A DNA stretch of 37,649 bases from a virus (Duplodnaviria > Caudoviricetes): positions 1 through 37,649 of the IMG/VR virus record IMGVR_UViG_3300005573_000176; one strand, 5' to 3'. Shown piece by piece: positions 9,293 to 18,885 of this stretch (its first letter is position 1; each line of letters starts with the position of its first letter). Made by a program: the position numbers and the translations under genes. The notes beneath the pieces were generated by a model that saw nothing but the letters and a program-made list of their open reading frames with translations, did no database searches and was not told the origin of the DNA.

Positions 9293-11039
9293 TCCGCATT
9301 ACCTTCTCGATAATCGGCTTCAAGCGCGTCTCCAATTCCCACCGATCCACCGTCGAGATCATCGGCGCATAATTCACCACAAACATCGCCCCGCCTTTAG
9401 CTCCATTTCCTCCGCTCGTCTCTACGAACCCCCCGCCTGTCTTCCCCACATCTTCCTTCGGTATCACAATCACCCGCTCTCCCGAACTGACATTAATGGG
9501 AAACGTATCATTTGGAAACCCCGGTGGCACAATGAAATCCGCCCCTTCAGCATACATATTTGGATTGTAATATTGTGGCAGAATTCCAGCCGCCTCCAAA
9601 TCTTCCAGCGTCCACCCATTGATCGTCGCCGTGATATTAACTTTTTTCTCATTCGGTATCCCATTCACCGCATCCCATAATCCTTGCGCATCGATTTTCG
9701 CCCCTTGCAAACTCCCAATATAATCCTGTATCCTCTGCCATGCCTGATAAGTCGGCTGGTCGATCAACCCCCAATTCTTCGCCACATCACCCAGCGCTTC
9801 AGCCTCCGCCGTTGTCAATCCGTCCACCGCCAGCTGCTGTTGCAATAAATTAAATAATACCGATTTCGTCTGCTTGTCCCACTCGTCTTTCACATCCTTA
9901 ATCTTCTGCTGAATCTCATCCTGCTTTTGAATTGTCGTCTCCAATTCCTGCTTTTGCTCATCCGTTAGCGTTTTTTGCTGATTTAATTCCAGAATTTTCT
10001 GTTTATTCTTCTCATATTCCTTCGTCAAATCATCTACCTTCTTGCTGTATTCCTCCGTCGTCTTCCCCAAATCTCCTCGCATGAAAATCGACAATTCATT
10101 CATCATCCCCTTCACGCGTTCTTGTTCTGCATTCATATCCTCCAATTCACCCGTCGTTCCATCCACGCTCTTCCCCAGTTCATCCATCGCCGTTCCCAAA
10201 TTATTCGTCGCCCCCATCAAATCTTCCGACTTGCTCACCCCCGTCTCGTACATATTCACCATCTTGTCGCGTGCATCGAACCAGATATTCATGAACGATT
10301 CTTTGTATTCCCGCGCCAGATCCGCAAAACTATGAATCTCACCTAATTTTCCATAGAATTTGATCAATTCCGTGATCTTCGGAATGAGCCCAATCCCAAT
10401 TTCCGTCTTGATCCCATTGATCTGATCCCCTAAATCATCCATTGCGATTTCATATTCCCGCGTTTTCCGGATTGCCTCTCTGTCCAGCACCAGTCCCAAT
10501 TCTTCCGCCGAATCCCCCATTGCCTTAATTCCCGCCGCCCCCCGCTCCATCAGCGGCCCTAACGCCGCTCCGCTCCTTCCAAAATTGTCCATCAAAAATT
10601 TCGACCGTTCGATTGGATCCTGTATCTTTAAATAGCTATCCGCCAGTTTTCCAATTCCGTCTATCGTCGGACTGATCCCCTTCCGTATTGCCACCTGCAG
10701 CGCCGTCGAAAGTGTATCATAGCTGATATTCACATCATCCGCCGCCTGGATTAATTTACTGGCTTCTTCTGGTGTCGCTCCAATCAACCGGCTTAAATTC
10801 CTTACCTCTCCAGCATATTCCACCGTCCCCCCTATCACATCATCATATACTCCCTTTAATGTCTGGAATGCCTGGCTGGCTACATTCACCATCGAAGATA
10901 ATTCAACCCATGAGCTTTTGAATGAATTCAATAGCCCGGTTTGTTTTGAGACACTCCCTTCAATTTTTCCGGCTACATTCTTCAATTCCTCACTGGCTTT
11001 ATCATTCGCCGTGATCAATATCTCGATTTTGTCAGCCAT
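9285..11039 (-). CDS. Tape measure protein
   Basis: IEILITANDKAS N-terminus, helical/coiled-coil body, follows the chaperone genes. Confidence 0.85.
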   Translation of the reverse strand: MADKIEILITANDKASEELKNVAGKIEGSVSKQTGLLNSFKSSWVELSSMVNVASQAFQTLKGVYDDVIGGTVEYAGEVRNLSRLIGATPEEASKLIQAADDVNISYDTLSTALQVAIRKGISPTIDGIGKLADSYLKIQDPIERSKFLMDNFGRSGAALGPLMERGAAGIKAMGDSAEELGLVLDREAIRKTREYEIAMDDLGDQINGIKTEIGIGLIPKITELIKFYGKLGEIHSFADLAREYKESFMNIWFDARDKMVNMYETGVSKSEDLMGATNNLGTAMDELGKSVDGTTGELEDMNAEQERVKGMMNELSIFMRGDLGKTTEEYSKKVDDLTKEYEKNKQKILELNQQKTLTDEQKQELETTIQKQDEIQQKIKDVKDEWDKQTKSVLFNLLQQQLAVDGLTTAEAEALGDVAKNWGLIDQPTYQAWQRIQDYIGSLQGAKIDAQGLWDAVNGIPNEKKVNITATINGWTLEDLEAAGILPQYYNPNMYAEGADFIVPPGFPNDTFPINVSSGERVIVIPKEDVGKTGGGFVETSGGNGAKGGAMFVVNYAPMISTVDRWELETRLKPIIEKVMRNG

Positions 11040-11226
11040 CATTCACCTTCTTCGCCTTCTGCTCCAGATAAAAACTCCATCTCATCAGCCAGATTACCTT
11101 GCTCCCTTTCATGATCTCCCACGGCGGACATTTCCATGCTTCTGCTGCCATCAGCACCACCAGCCATATCGGCCCCTCTCCTCCATAATGGATCGCCGTT
11201 ATTGCCCGCCGTCTATCGTAGGGTTT
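11032..11226 (-). CDS. -1 frameshift extension of chaperone (gpGT-like)
   Basis: Slippery A-AAC-CCT at 11226-11220; -1 frame open to TGA at 11032 encoding ...LMAAEAWKCPPWEIM... Confidence 0.75.
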   Translation of the reverse strand, partial: KPYDRRRAITAIHYGGEGPIWLVVLMAAEAWKCPPWEIMKGSKVIWLMRWSFYLEQKAKKVNDG

Positions 11227-11462
11227 ATCGCCGCCTCCTTCAGCGCTTGCTTGAACCTGTCATTCAATTCCAGCGCTTCCCGCAATTTCAATTTGTTCAA
11301 TATCTCCCGCGCCGTCTCCACCGCCAGCGCCTTTCCATTCTCATCCGCCAGATAGCGCGCCAGAACTTCCCGCGTCCCCTTCGCCCGCCCTTCTTCTAAC
11401 AAAATTAACTCCTCGAATGTCAATTCCTGCGCAATCTTTTCGATATTCAATATAAATTTCAT
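11199..11462 (-). CDS. Tail assembly chaperone (gpG-like)
   Basis: Between major tail and tape measure genes; ATG 11462; ends INPTIDGGQ with slippery site. Confidence 0.8.
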   Translation of the reverse strand: MKFILNIEKIAQELTFEELILLEEGRAKGTREVLARYLADENGKALAVETAREILNKLKLREALELNDRFKQALKEAAINPTIDGGQ

Positions 11463-11470
11463 CCTCACTC

Positions 11471-12472
11471 CTAAGGCAATGTCGTCAATTCGTTCACCAC
11501 AGTGATCTCGCAATATTTTGCCGCCGTGCTGTTGTATCTCGGCCGAAACGTTACTTTCAAAATATCATTGCCGTCTTGTTCATCCAATTTTCCAACTTTC
11601 TCAATTTTCGATGCCATATCGATCCGCAATGTCTTTTTCTGAAATTGCGTTCCGCCAGTCGCAACACTCGATCCCTCGAATTGCATCCGAATTAACCTCG
11701 CCGTGTTCGTTCCCCAATCCGTCTTTCTTGCCACACCCACCGCATCATGTTCAAAAGTGATCTCACAGGTGATTTCCGGCGCCGTCATCTTGTGAAAAGT
11801 GAAATAAAGATTTCCATCTCCCGTGAATACCGGTATCCATCCCGTTTTCACCGTGAAATTCATCCCCAAAAATGTACTGCTTTGCAGTGTCGTCCCAATT
11901 GTCCCCCCAATCGCATCGATATATAGCTTACCTTTATTGAACAATATCTCTTCCACCGTTGGCACTGCCAGTGCAGCAGTGAAGGTCGTACTGCTCACCT
12001 GCCTTCCAGTCCAGCTCGCACTCATCATCACCGCTTCTCCTGCTTTTCCGCTCAGGTTGAAGCTCTCTACAAAACTATATTCCATCTTTTCCGCTGCCTG
12101 ATTGTCTCCCCCTTCAATAGTATAGGTCTTGATGGAATTTAGAGTCGTCGTTGGGAAGGTGTAGGTATAAATCTTGTCCGTCCCAGATCCATCCGCTGCC
12201 CCCGTTACCACATCTTTCACCCCCGCCGCCAGGATATACGGCAGCTGCTCGAAAGTTGCCGGTACCGCTTCCATCTCCAGCCCGCCCTGCACCGACGGCG
12301 TATATACCCGGTCCACCCCGCCTACAACCCCGATATCCTCGTCCGGAAAAATAACTTTTCGCTTGTCTTCTAGTGTTCCAATCCCCCTCCATATCGTCGT
12401 CGCCGCCACCGCCGTTCCTGGCGCACTTTCCAATCCCAGTTGTATTTTCCGCAAACTCCTAATTCCTGGCAT
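11471..12472 (-). CDS. Major tail tube protein
   Basis: KIQLGLESAPGTAV N-terminus, YTYTF, YTIEGG, ITVVN C-terminus; synteny; AAGGAGG RBS. Confidence 0.8.
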   Translation of the reverse strand: MPGIRSLRKIQLGLESAPGTAVAATTIWRGIGTLEDKRKVIFPDEDIGVVGGVDRVYTPSVQGGLEMEAVPATFEQLPYILAAGVKDVVTGAADGSGTDKIYTYTFPTTTLNSIKTYTIEGGDNQAAEKMEYSFVESFNLSGKAGEAVMMSASWTGRQVSSTTFTAALAVPTVEEILFNKGKLYIDAIGGTIGTTLQSSTFLGMNFTVKTGWIPVFTGDGNLYFTFHKMTAPEITCEITFEHDAVGVARKTDWGTNTARLIRMQFEGSSVATGGTQFQKKTLRIDMASKIEKVGKLDEQDGNDILKVTFRPRYNSTAAKYCEITVVNELTTLP

Positions 12473-12656
12473 GATCATCCTCCTTCATCATAGATTTATT
12501 TTCATAACGCACCTTCATCGCCTTTTCCTCGCCTTTTTCATATAATCCTGTCGCAATCAATTCTTCCTCCCCTCCATATTTCTCCACTTCCTCATCGCTT
12601 AAATCCCGCGCCGGGATTCCAATAATGGCTTTTCCTTTTCCAATATACCTCAACAT
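12459..12656 (-). CDS. Small hypothetical virion-module protein
   Basis: GAGGAGG RBS; YIGKG..IIGIPARDL motif. Confidence 0.65.
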   Translation of the reverse strand: MLRYIGKGKAIIGIPARDLSDEEVEKYGGEEELIATGLYEKGEEKAMKVRYENKSMMKEDDHARN

Positions 12657-12667
12657 CATTATCCTCC

Positions 12668-13069
12668 TCACGATTGTAATATTTTCACATCTACCTCGAA
12701 CCGCACCCCAATATGTTCTTCCCCCGCCCAGCTCAGCCTCCCAAATTCATACCGCACCGCATTCACTGCCGTCACCGACCCGCTCAACGTCGGATCGGCA
12801 ATCAATAACCCCGCAAAACTTTCAATATACGGTATCGCCTGTGCCACCGCCCTCGGCAGCATAATCCTTGCCATATGTATCTCGCAAATCAATGTGTGCA
12901 AATAAGTCCCAAATCCCGCACTCTCCAGCCGAAAAGCTCCGCTCTTCGGATATGCCACCGCAAACGGAAATTGCCCCATTTCTTCCGGTGGCTCACTCGG
13001 CGCCGCCTTGATCTCGCTCAATGTCAGCACCTTCGTCTGCAGCGCGCTAATCGCCGCGCTCACCGTCAT
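12668..13069 (-). CDS. Tail terminator / completion protein
   Basis: Size, synteny, ADPTLSG motif. Confidence 0.65.
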   Translation of the reverse strand: MTVSAAISALQTKVLTLSEIKAAPSEPPEEMGQFPFAVAYPKSGAFRLESAGFGTYLHTLICEIHMARIMLPRAVAQAIPYIESFAGLLIADPTLSGSVTAVNAVRYEFGRLSWAGEEHIGVRFEVDVKILQS

Positions 13070-13671
13070 ATCCCAATCCTCCGCAAATACATGATCATCT
13101 CAGCCACATCCGGATCGAGCCCCTGCACATATTTCAATTGTCCCAGCTCCGCCACCGCTCCCGTATCTTCGAAGCCCTGCTGTCCCCGCTTAAACCACCG
13201 CACCGCCTGGATAATTGTCGCCATCTTGATAATTTCCGGCACCGCTGTCGCATATCCAAACTTCCCAACTATCTTCACCGCCTTTGGAAATGCCGGAAAA
13301 ATCGTCTTATTTCCCAGCGGGTTGATATCCAGCCTCAAATATGGTTCTCCATTCAGCGCTGCGTTATACGGCCACAAAATAATATCCGTCGCTTCCCACG
13401 TCGTATAATTCCCATCACCCGCTTCATCCACCGCAACGCTCGTTGGTGCCGCCGCCAGCTCTCCCACCCATAACGAACTTCTTCCTTCTCCATCGAAATA
13501 ACGTGTTTCATCACTGCTTGCCGCAAAAGCATTCGGCTGCCTTCCCAAAAATAAATCAATCGCCCGGCTCGCTCGCGTTGCTAATGTCGCCAAAAGTATG
13601 TCATAACTGCTTCCCCAGTTTCCATCCGGCAGCGCCGCTTTGATCTCTGTATTCGTGCAGTAATCCGCCAT
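13066..13671 (-). CDS. Head-tail connector / adaptor protein
   Basis: YCT..EIK, ASRAID, GKFGY..VPEIIKMA motifs. Confidence 0.8.
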   Translation of the reverse strand: MADYCTNTEIKAALPDGNWGSSYDILLATLATRASRAIDLFLGRQPNAFAASSDETRYFDGEGRSSLWVGELAAAPTSVAVDEAGDGNYTTWEATDIILWPYNAALNGEPYLRLDINPLGNKTIFPAFPKAVKIVGKFGYATAVPEIIKMATIIQAVRWFKRGQQGFEDTGAVAELGQLKYVQGLDPDVAEMIMYLRRIGI

Positions 13672-13685
13672 CCAGCCATCCTTTC

Positions 13686-13715
13686 CGGCGGGAGCAGAGT
13701 TCTCCACTCCCGCCG
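13686..13715 (-). terminator. GC-rich hairpin after capsid genes (CGGCGGGAG...CTCCCGCCG); terminator or mRNA stabiliser
   Basis: 9-bp inverted repeat; no clear U-tract. Confidence 0.4.
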
Positions 13716-13731
13716 TCCACCGCTAAATCCC

Positions 13732-14097
13732 TTATACTGTTCGGCTTATTCCGATCAGATAAGTTCCAAAGGTAAAGCTAGGGGTAGTTCCAGCAATGGT
13801 TGCCACCGCCCGCACATACCGCTTGCTCGTCTGAAAATGGATTTCCTGATTTCCAGTTGTGGTCAATTGCGTGAATGCCGCCCCGCTGATGTCAGCATAT
13901 CCCGATCCAGAAGAATCGCTCTCCTGAATCTTCACATCCAGCGTCGGACTTGTCCCGCTTGCCGCTCCACAGTCCAGGATCGCCTTGAATTCCAGCGCAC
14001 CCGGATTGGCAAACTCTTCCAGGTCAACCCCGGTCCCATTCGCACTGCTCGTTCGCGCCGCCGACGCAAACAAAACACTATAGGTTAATTCTCTCAT
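13732..14097 (-). CDS. Capsid decoration / cement-like protein
   Basis: GGAGG RBS; beta-rich, SPTLDVKIQES and KRYVRAV motifs; directly after capsid gene. Confidence 0.7.
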   Translation of the reverse strand: MRELTYSVLFASAARTSSANGTGVDLEEFANPGALEFKAILDCGAASGTSPTLDVKIQESDSSGSGYADISGAAFTQLTTTGNQEIHFQTSKRYVRAVATIAGTTPSFTFGTYLIGISRTV

Positions 14098-14107
14098 CTC
14101 ATCCTCC

Positions 14108-15436
14108 TTATGTAGAAACCTTCTGAACCTTGATCCGCCATGGCTCCACCACTTGCCCACCAACTCGTTTCTTCGCCAGCAAAAGCGTAATATTCGTCTC
14201 CGCATATAGCTCGCTCAACCGTTGCAGGCTGAACCCAACCCGGTCAACGATCATATAGCCCATCAAATCTCCAAAGATGATCGGATAGGCATTGGCAGCA
14301 ATCGCTGGCACGAATTCATCCTTGACGACTGGATACCCCAGCAATTCCTCTCCAGCAGCGCCAAAGCCGCCTACCTGCGCCGAAATCGGCCATAAATAAG
14401 CGTTGGTCGTGGCTTCTTTCAATTGCCGGATCGCCTTTGCCGTGCTTTTTGCCATATACCATTTCGCATTGCGCTCATACTGCGCTGGCAATGCATAAGC
14501 CAGGTCAATTAAACCATCTGCGGTCAATGCGCTCGCTGATCCGCTCACCACCTTCGCTGGCCCATCTGTCTCATCGATATCCTGCAAAATCCCTTTCGGC
14601 CGCGAACTCCCCGTTCCATTCACAAAAACATCATCCTCGCCCAGCGCAAACGCCTCCGCCAGCAAATCGCTCGAAATCCCCATCACATCAAAGGCGCTGT
14701 CCTCGATGAGATTGTTGGATAACGGTAAACTTGCCATCGCCGTATGCACCGGGATAGAATGCAGCCCGAACACCGGATCCGTCACGCGGTGCGCCGTGGA
14801 ACTTGCCGGTATCTCGCCCGTCCAGGTCAATCGTACTCCAGATGTATATTTATCATCGGATGTGTAATTAACCCTCGGCCACTGCGCCATATCCCGGCTG
14901 GTCGTCACTACTCGCGCATTCGGTCGGATCGCTGCATTGGTTGCGATCTTTTTGATCAGCTCCACATGGTAGTCTTCCGGAACCAGAAATCCTCCTGCCG
15001 TGTCCACTCCATCCGAAAGCGTTTTCTTATCGTTCGGCCCCAGCTTATCAATCCCCTTCCGTAGATATCCCTCGAATGCGCTGGCATATCCTTTCTTCTG
15101 CACCGCTTCCGGCACATAATATCGCACGCGCACCATCCCCACCTTTTCTTCTCGCCATGCCTGCGGGTCGAATTCCACTTCCCCTTCGCCTGGCGCAGCC
15201 TCGCGCCAGCCCAGATGTGCCGCCTTCGTCCCCGCCGGTTCTTCCATATACCCGTTGGCTTCCTCACTGCGCTTTGCCAGTTCCATCAAAGCCTTATACT
15301 CATCAAACTTCCCCAGATGACCCGCAATGGCATCTGCCACCTCTTTCGTCATCTCTGCCCCGGCTTTTTCCTTCAGCGCCTTTATCGCCTCCAGCTCAGC
15401 CGTCATCTTCTTCTTCAATTCTTCAATCGATAACAT
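14108..15436 (-). CDS. Major capsid protein, HK97 family
   Basis: Coiled-coil delta domain, GGFLVPE, F.NGTG...PKGI, LLGYPV, FGD, RVGG motifs. Confidence 0.95.
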   Translation of the reverse strand: MLSIEELKKKMTAELEAIKALKEKAGAEMTKEVADAIAGHLGKFDEYKALMELAKRSEEANGYMEEPAGTKAAHLGWREAAPGEGEVEFDPQAWREEKVGMVRVRYYVPEAVQKKGYASAFEGYLRKGIDKLGPNDKKTLSDGVDTAGGFLVPEDYHVELIKKIATNAAIRPNARVVTTSRDMAQWPRVNYTSDDKYTSGVRLTWTGEIPASSTAHRVTDPVFGLHSIPVHTAMASLPLSNNLIEDSAFDVMGISSDLLAEAFALGEDDVFVNGTGSSRPKGILQDIDETDGPAKVVSGSASALTADGLIDLAYALPAQYERNAKWYMAKSTAKAIRQLKEATTNAYLWPISAQVGGFGAAGEELLGYPVVKDEFVPAIAANAYPIIFGDLMGYMIVDRVGFSLQRLSELYAETNITLLLAKKRVGGQVVEPWRIKVQKVST

Positions 15437-15517
15437 CATTACCTCCTTCAATTAGTTTTTTCAATCTGTCACCTGCAATCTCCAATCTCCTTGTGAGTGC
15501 TTCCCGCGGCTCGGCAA

Positions 15518-16573
15518 TTAGATCAAAGATAGCTCTCTTTCCGCTATCTGTGCCTCCCAAAGCAGCCGTTCAATCATCTTCGCATTTTCCTCATCATCTT
15601 CAGGCGGCACAGCCGCTAACAAAATTTCATTCAGCACGCTCAAAGCTTGTTGCAGCTTCTCCAGATTGCGCGCTGATAACACCCTTCCCGCCTTCCATTC
15701 TTCCACCTTCGCCACCAATCCCCCCAGCTCCACCGTCTTGAAATCCGGTGGCTCTTTTCCAAAATCTGCATAATGCTTCGCTAAATGCTCATACACCGCC
15801 CGCCGGTCTCCTTCCGGTATATCTACTCCACCTCTCGCTCCGCTCACCAGCGCATTCATCGCCGCCAACACCCCCCGCCATACCAGCGTATATTCTCCAT
15901 CCGCTTTGTGATGTGGCAGCTTATAGGAGGTCTTGATATCCGGATTTTCCTCGTCATACCAGGCGCACATCATCTTCAAATCTTCCACATCCGCCTTCGC
16001 CACCTCCGCCGGTCCATTCCAGGTCTCTCCTTCATCCGCTTTCGGTGTCTTTTTATATGGGATCGCCGCCTTCACTACTCTCGCCGCTTCATTCATCCCC
16101 CAGTTCACCGGCGATATATCCCACAATCTCAGTTCCCGCAGATTCCGCACCCCGTTATCCTCAAAATCGAATTTTCCCGGTATCGGATCATATCCAATCG
16201 AATTTTCTCGGATCGCCCCCTCCTTAATCCCCACCAGCACCTCTTCCCCTCTTTGTGTCGGCAGATATTTGATCTCTCCCATTAATCCCCCCGTTGCATC
16301 CGGATATTTCATCCGCACCTCTTCCGGCAGCTCCATTCTCCCCACCTCTCGAATAGATAATGGCACCCCAATCGGTGGCTCAAAAGCATCATGCTGCCAT
16401 AGCACCCGTATCCTGTCCCCTCGTTCTGCCAGCGTCTTCGCAAATGCTCCCGGCCAGATTCGATCGCCTCCCGCATCCACATTTCCGAATACCGCAAATA
16501 TCGACTTCACCACCCGGTCATCACCAATCTCCTTGCTCAATATCGGAAAATTCTTGAATTCTCGCTTGCTCAT
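15518..16573 (-). CDS. HK97-family prohead protease with C-terminal extension
   Basis: FGNVDAGGDRIWPGAF, LWQH, SIGY, LWDISPVNWGMN. Confidence 0.92.
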   Translation of the reverse strand: MSKREFKNFPILSKEIGDDRVVKSIFAVFGNVDAGGDRIWPGAFAKTLAERGDRIRVLWQHDAFEPPIGVPLSIREVGRMELPEEVRMKYPDATGGLMGEIKYLPTQRGEEVLVGIKEGAIRENSIGYDPIPGKFDFEDNGVRNLRELRLWDISPVNWGMNEAARVVKAAIPYKKTPKADEGETWNGPAEVAKADVEDLKMMCAWYDEENPDIKTSYKLPHHKADGEYTLVWRGVLAAMNALVSGARGGVDIPEGDRRAVYEHLAKHYADFGKEPPDFKTVELGGLVAKVEEWKAGRVLSARNLEKLQQALSVLNEILLAAVPPEDDEENAKMIERLLWEAQIAERELSLI

Positions 16574-16986
16574 AATTCCTTCCCGATCCTCCTTTCAAAT
16601 ATTTCTATAATCTTTTCCCTCGCATCTTCCACCACTTTTTGCAGTGTCCACCATCTCCCTTTATGGATAGCTTTTTGCGTCCCCTCTCCAATCACCAGCG
16701 GTGCATATCCAATCGCTGTCCCAATCACGCCCACCGCATTACCTCCTAACATTTCCACTCTCGAAAGCGCCCCTTCCGCTTTCCCGCTCAATGCCGTCAC
16801 GCTTTGCCCCAGCTTTCCCGTCCTCCGATACCGGCTGTTTGGCAGCGCTGGCGGATACCCCGGCATCTGGCTGTGCACATATAACACCGCCTCAAACATG
16901 GCATCCTGCTCCACAACCCGCACCCTCTCTCCCCGCTTCACCAGATTCTGCGCCGTTTCCTTCACCCCGCGCCATTCAATATTCAT
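16570..16986 (-). CDS. HK97 gp10-like / virion morphogenesis protein
   Basis: RTGKLGQS and IGTAIGYAPLV motifs. Confidence 0.65.
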   Translation of the reverse strand: MNIEWRGVKETAQNLVKRGERVRVVEQDAMFEAVLYVHSQMPGYPPALPNSRYRRTGKLGQSVTALSGKAEGALSRVEMLGGNAVGVIGTAIGYAPLVIGEGTQKAIHKGRWWTLQKVVEDAREKIIEIFERRIGKEL

Positions 16987-17549
16987 TCCGTTTCTCCCTT
17001 CAGCACCGGAATGCTGTTGCAGCGGCAGTTCACGTGCAGCGGCGGTGCATTCTCCATGTCATCTAATCCAAATGTCTGCCCATTATTCGCCGAACAGATC
17101 GGACAAACCAGCTCGTCTTCCGCCGTCATAAATCGAAACCGTTCCACCATCTCCGAGCTTTTCCAGCTCGCCACCTTCCCTTGATGGTAAACCCGCGTCG
17201 TCTCCGTCATCGCAATCATCTGCGCCCGCACCTCCCCAAACATCCCCGATTGTGCGATCTGATCCACCAGCACATCCAAATGCTCTCCCGATTGCATCCA
17301 TTTCGGGATCGCATCCTGTAAAAATTCCCGGCTGGTCTGGTTTATCCCCTTCACCAATTCATAAGTGTAAGTTTCAGCATATTCATTCGCCATTTGATTT
17401 ACCATCTCTCGGTCGAATGCCACCCCAATCCCCGTGTATCCCGCTATCATCCCATCTGCCAGGATAGCCATCACAAACGGTAATATCGTCTTCTTAAATC
17501 GCTCCCCCTCTAAATCCCAGAATTCTTCATCATCCCATAAATCCGCCAT
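16983..17549 (-). CDS. Minor head protein (SPP1 gp7 / MuF-like)
   Basis: RAQMIAMTE, TAEDELVCPIC, PPLHVNCRC. Confidence 0.88.
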   Translation of the reverse strand: MADLWDDEEFWDLEGERFKKTILPFVMAILADGMIAGYTGIGVAFDREMVNQMANEYAETYTYELVKGINQTSREFLQDAIPKWMQSGEHLDVLVDQIAQSGMFGEVRAQMIAMTETTRVYHQGKVASWKSSEMVERFRFMTAEDELVCPICSANNGQTFGLDDMENAPPLHVNCRCNSIPVLKGETE

Positions 17550-18885
17550 AATCCTTCTCCAGCCGTTTGCGTATCCTGCCATCCAATCCTTTGAAATATT
17601 TTCGCAGCGCCTCCTCGAAATCTCCCTCCACGCTTGGTCTCTCGAACGCCTTCTTCTCCATTTCCGTGTTCATTTCCTTGCTTCCCCCAACGCCGATCTC
17701 CACCTGCGCCACGCTCAATACATACATCTCTCCCCGCGCCCCTAGATCGCTCAATCCCACTATCTTCCGAAATTCATTCCTCGTGATCAGCGAACTCCGA
17801 AATGCCTCGATCGCCCGATTCCATACCGCCGTTCGATCATCCTGCAGCGCAGGCACTGCATCATAATCCCATCTCAGCTTCACCTCCCCAAATTCACTCG
17901 CTAGCTGGTTCTCCAGCGTGTCCAGTAAATCCTCATAAATTGGTATCAACACATCCTGCCACCAGCTCGATCTTGCCTCCTTATAATTAGAGAACGTCGA
18001 TCGATCCAGCCCAACTTTCGCATTCACAATAATCGGCGGCACGCCCAGCACCGCACAAATCCGTGATTCACTTCGCGCATCCAGATCGCCGAACGCCATC
18101 TCCTCGAATGAATTTCCCACCCGCATCACATCTGCATCCTGATCCAACACTGCTGGTTTCACCCACTTCTCACTCCCTCCATATTTCGCCGCCCAGCGTG
18201 CCTGCAGCTCACTTGCCGTCGCTTCTGTCAACTTTTGCTTCGTCTTGATGTAATATGCAGGCATCCCCCCCTTCTCCCAAAATAGCCTGATGAAATCCGT
18301 CGCCGCATTGTCCACATCCCCCACCCGCGCCGCCACCGCTACCGGCGGCCATCCATGATAATTATCCAATGGATCGAATAATCGAAAATCTACCACATCC
18401 CTCGCATCCAAATCCTTCGCTTCCATCCCCGGCACCGCATACCGATATCCCCTCACCACGCTTTCCGATGATGGGATCACCTGTACCCAGTCCGGTCGCA
18501 GCGGCCATAATCGCACCACTTTTCCGCTTCGATTGCGCTCCTTTTCGAAGATCGCCCTCCCCGCTAGATGCTGATAAATGATAATTGCCTTCCAAAAATC
18601 GCTTTCCGTCATATACGGATTTGGCGAGTGAATCAATTTCGCCAGCGGATGATTGAAATCTTCCTCCCCATTCGCCCCTAGTACCATTAAATGCACCTGG
18701 CTTGCCGTGCTTGCTTTCCGGTTCACGCACGCGTAAATCAATTCGTTCTTCCGCCATCCATATCGCACCAGATTCTCGAAATTCACCGTTGGATAGGTTG
18801 GCTGCCCTTCCTTCCATGATGGTACCAGATTCGCCACGGTTTTTTCCTGCCGAAATATTGTCCAGATCCGCTCGAATATGCTCAT
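17530..18885 (-). CDS. Portal protein (HK97 family)
   Basis: PNPYM, LWPLRPD, ICAVLGVPP, TFSN, ITRNEFR. Confidence 0.93.
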   Translation of the reverse strand: MSIFERIWTIFRQEKTVANLVPSWKEGQPTYPTVNFENLVRYGWRKNELIYACVNRKASTASQVHLMVLGANGEEDFNHPLAKLIHSPNPYMTESDFWKAIIIYQHLAGRAIFEKERNRSGKVVRLWPLRPDWVQVIPSSESVVRGYRYAVPGMEAKDLDARDVVDFRLFDPLDNYHGWPPVAVAARVGDVDNAATDFIRLFWEKGGMPAYYIKTKQKLTEATASELQARWAAKYGGSEKWVKPAVLDQDADVMRVGNSFEEMAFGDLDARSESRICAVLGVPPIIVNAKVGLDRSTFSNYKEARSSWWQDVLIPIYEDLLDTLENQLASEFGEVKLRWDYDAVPALQDDRTAVWNRAIEAFRSSLITRNEFRKIVGLSDLGARGEMYVLSVAQVEIGVGGSKEMNTEMEKKAFERPSVEGDFEEALRKYFKGLDGRIRKRLEKDYGGFMG

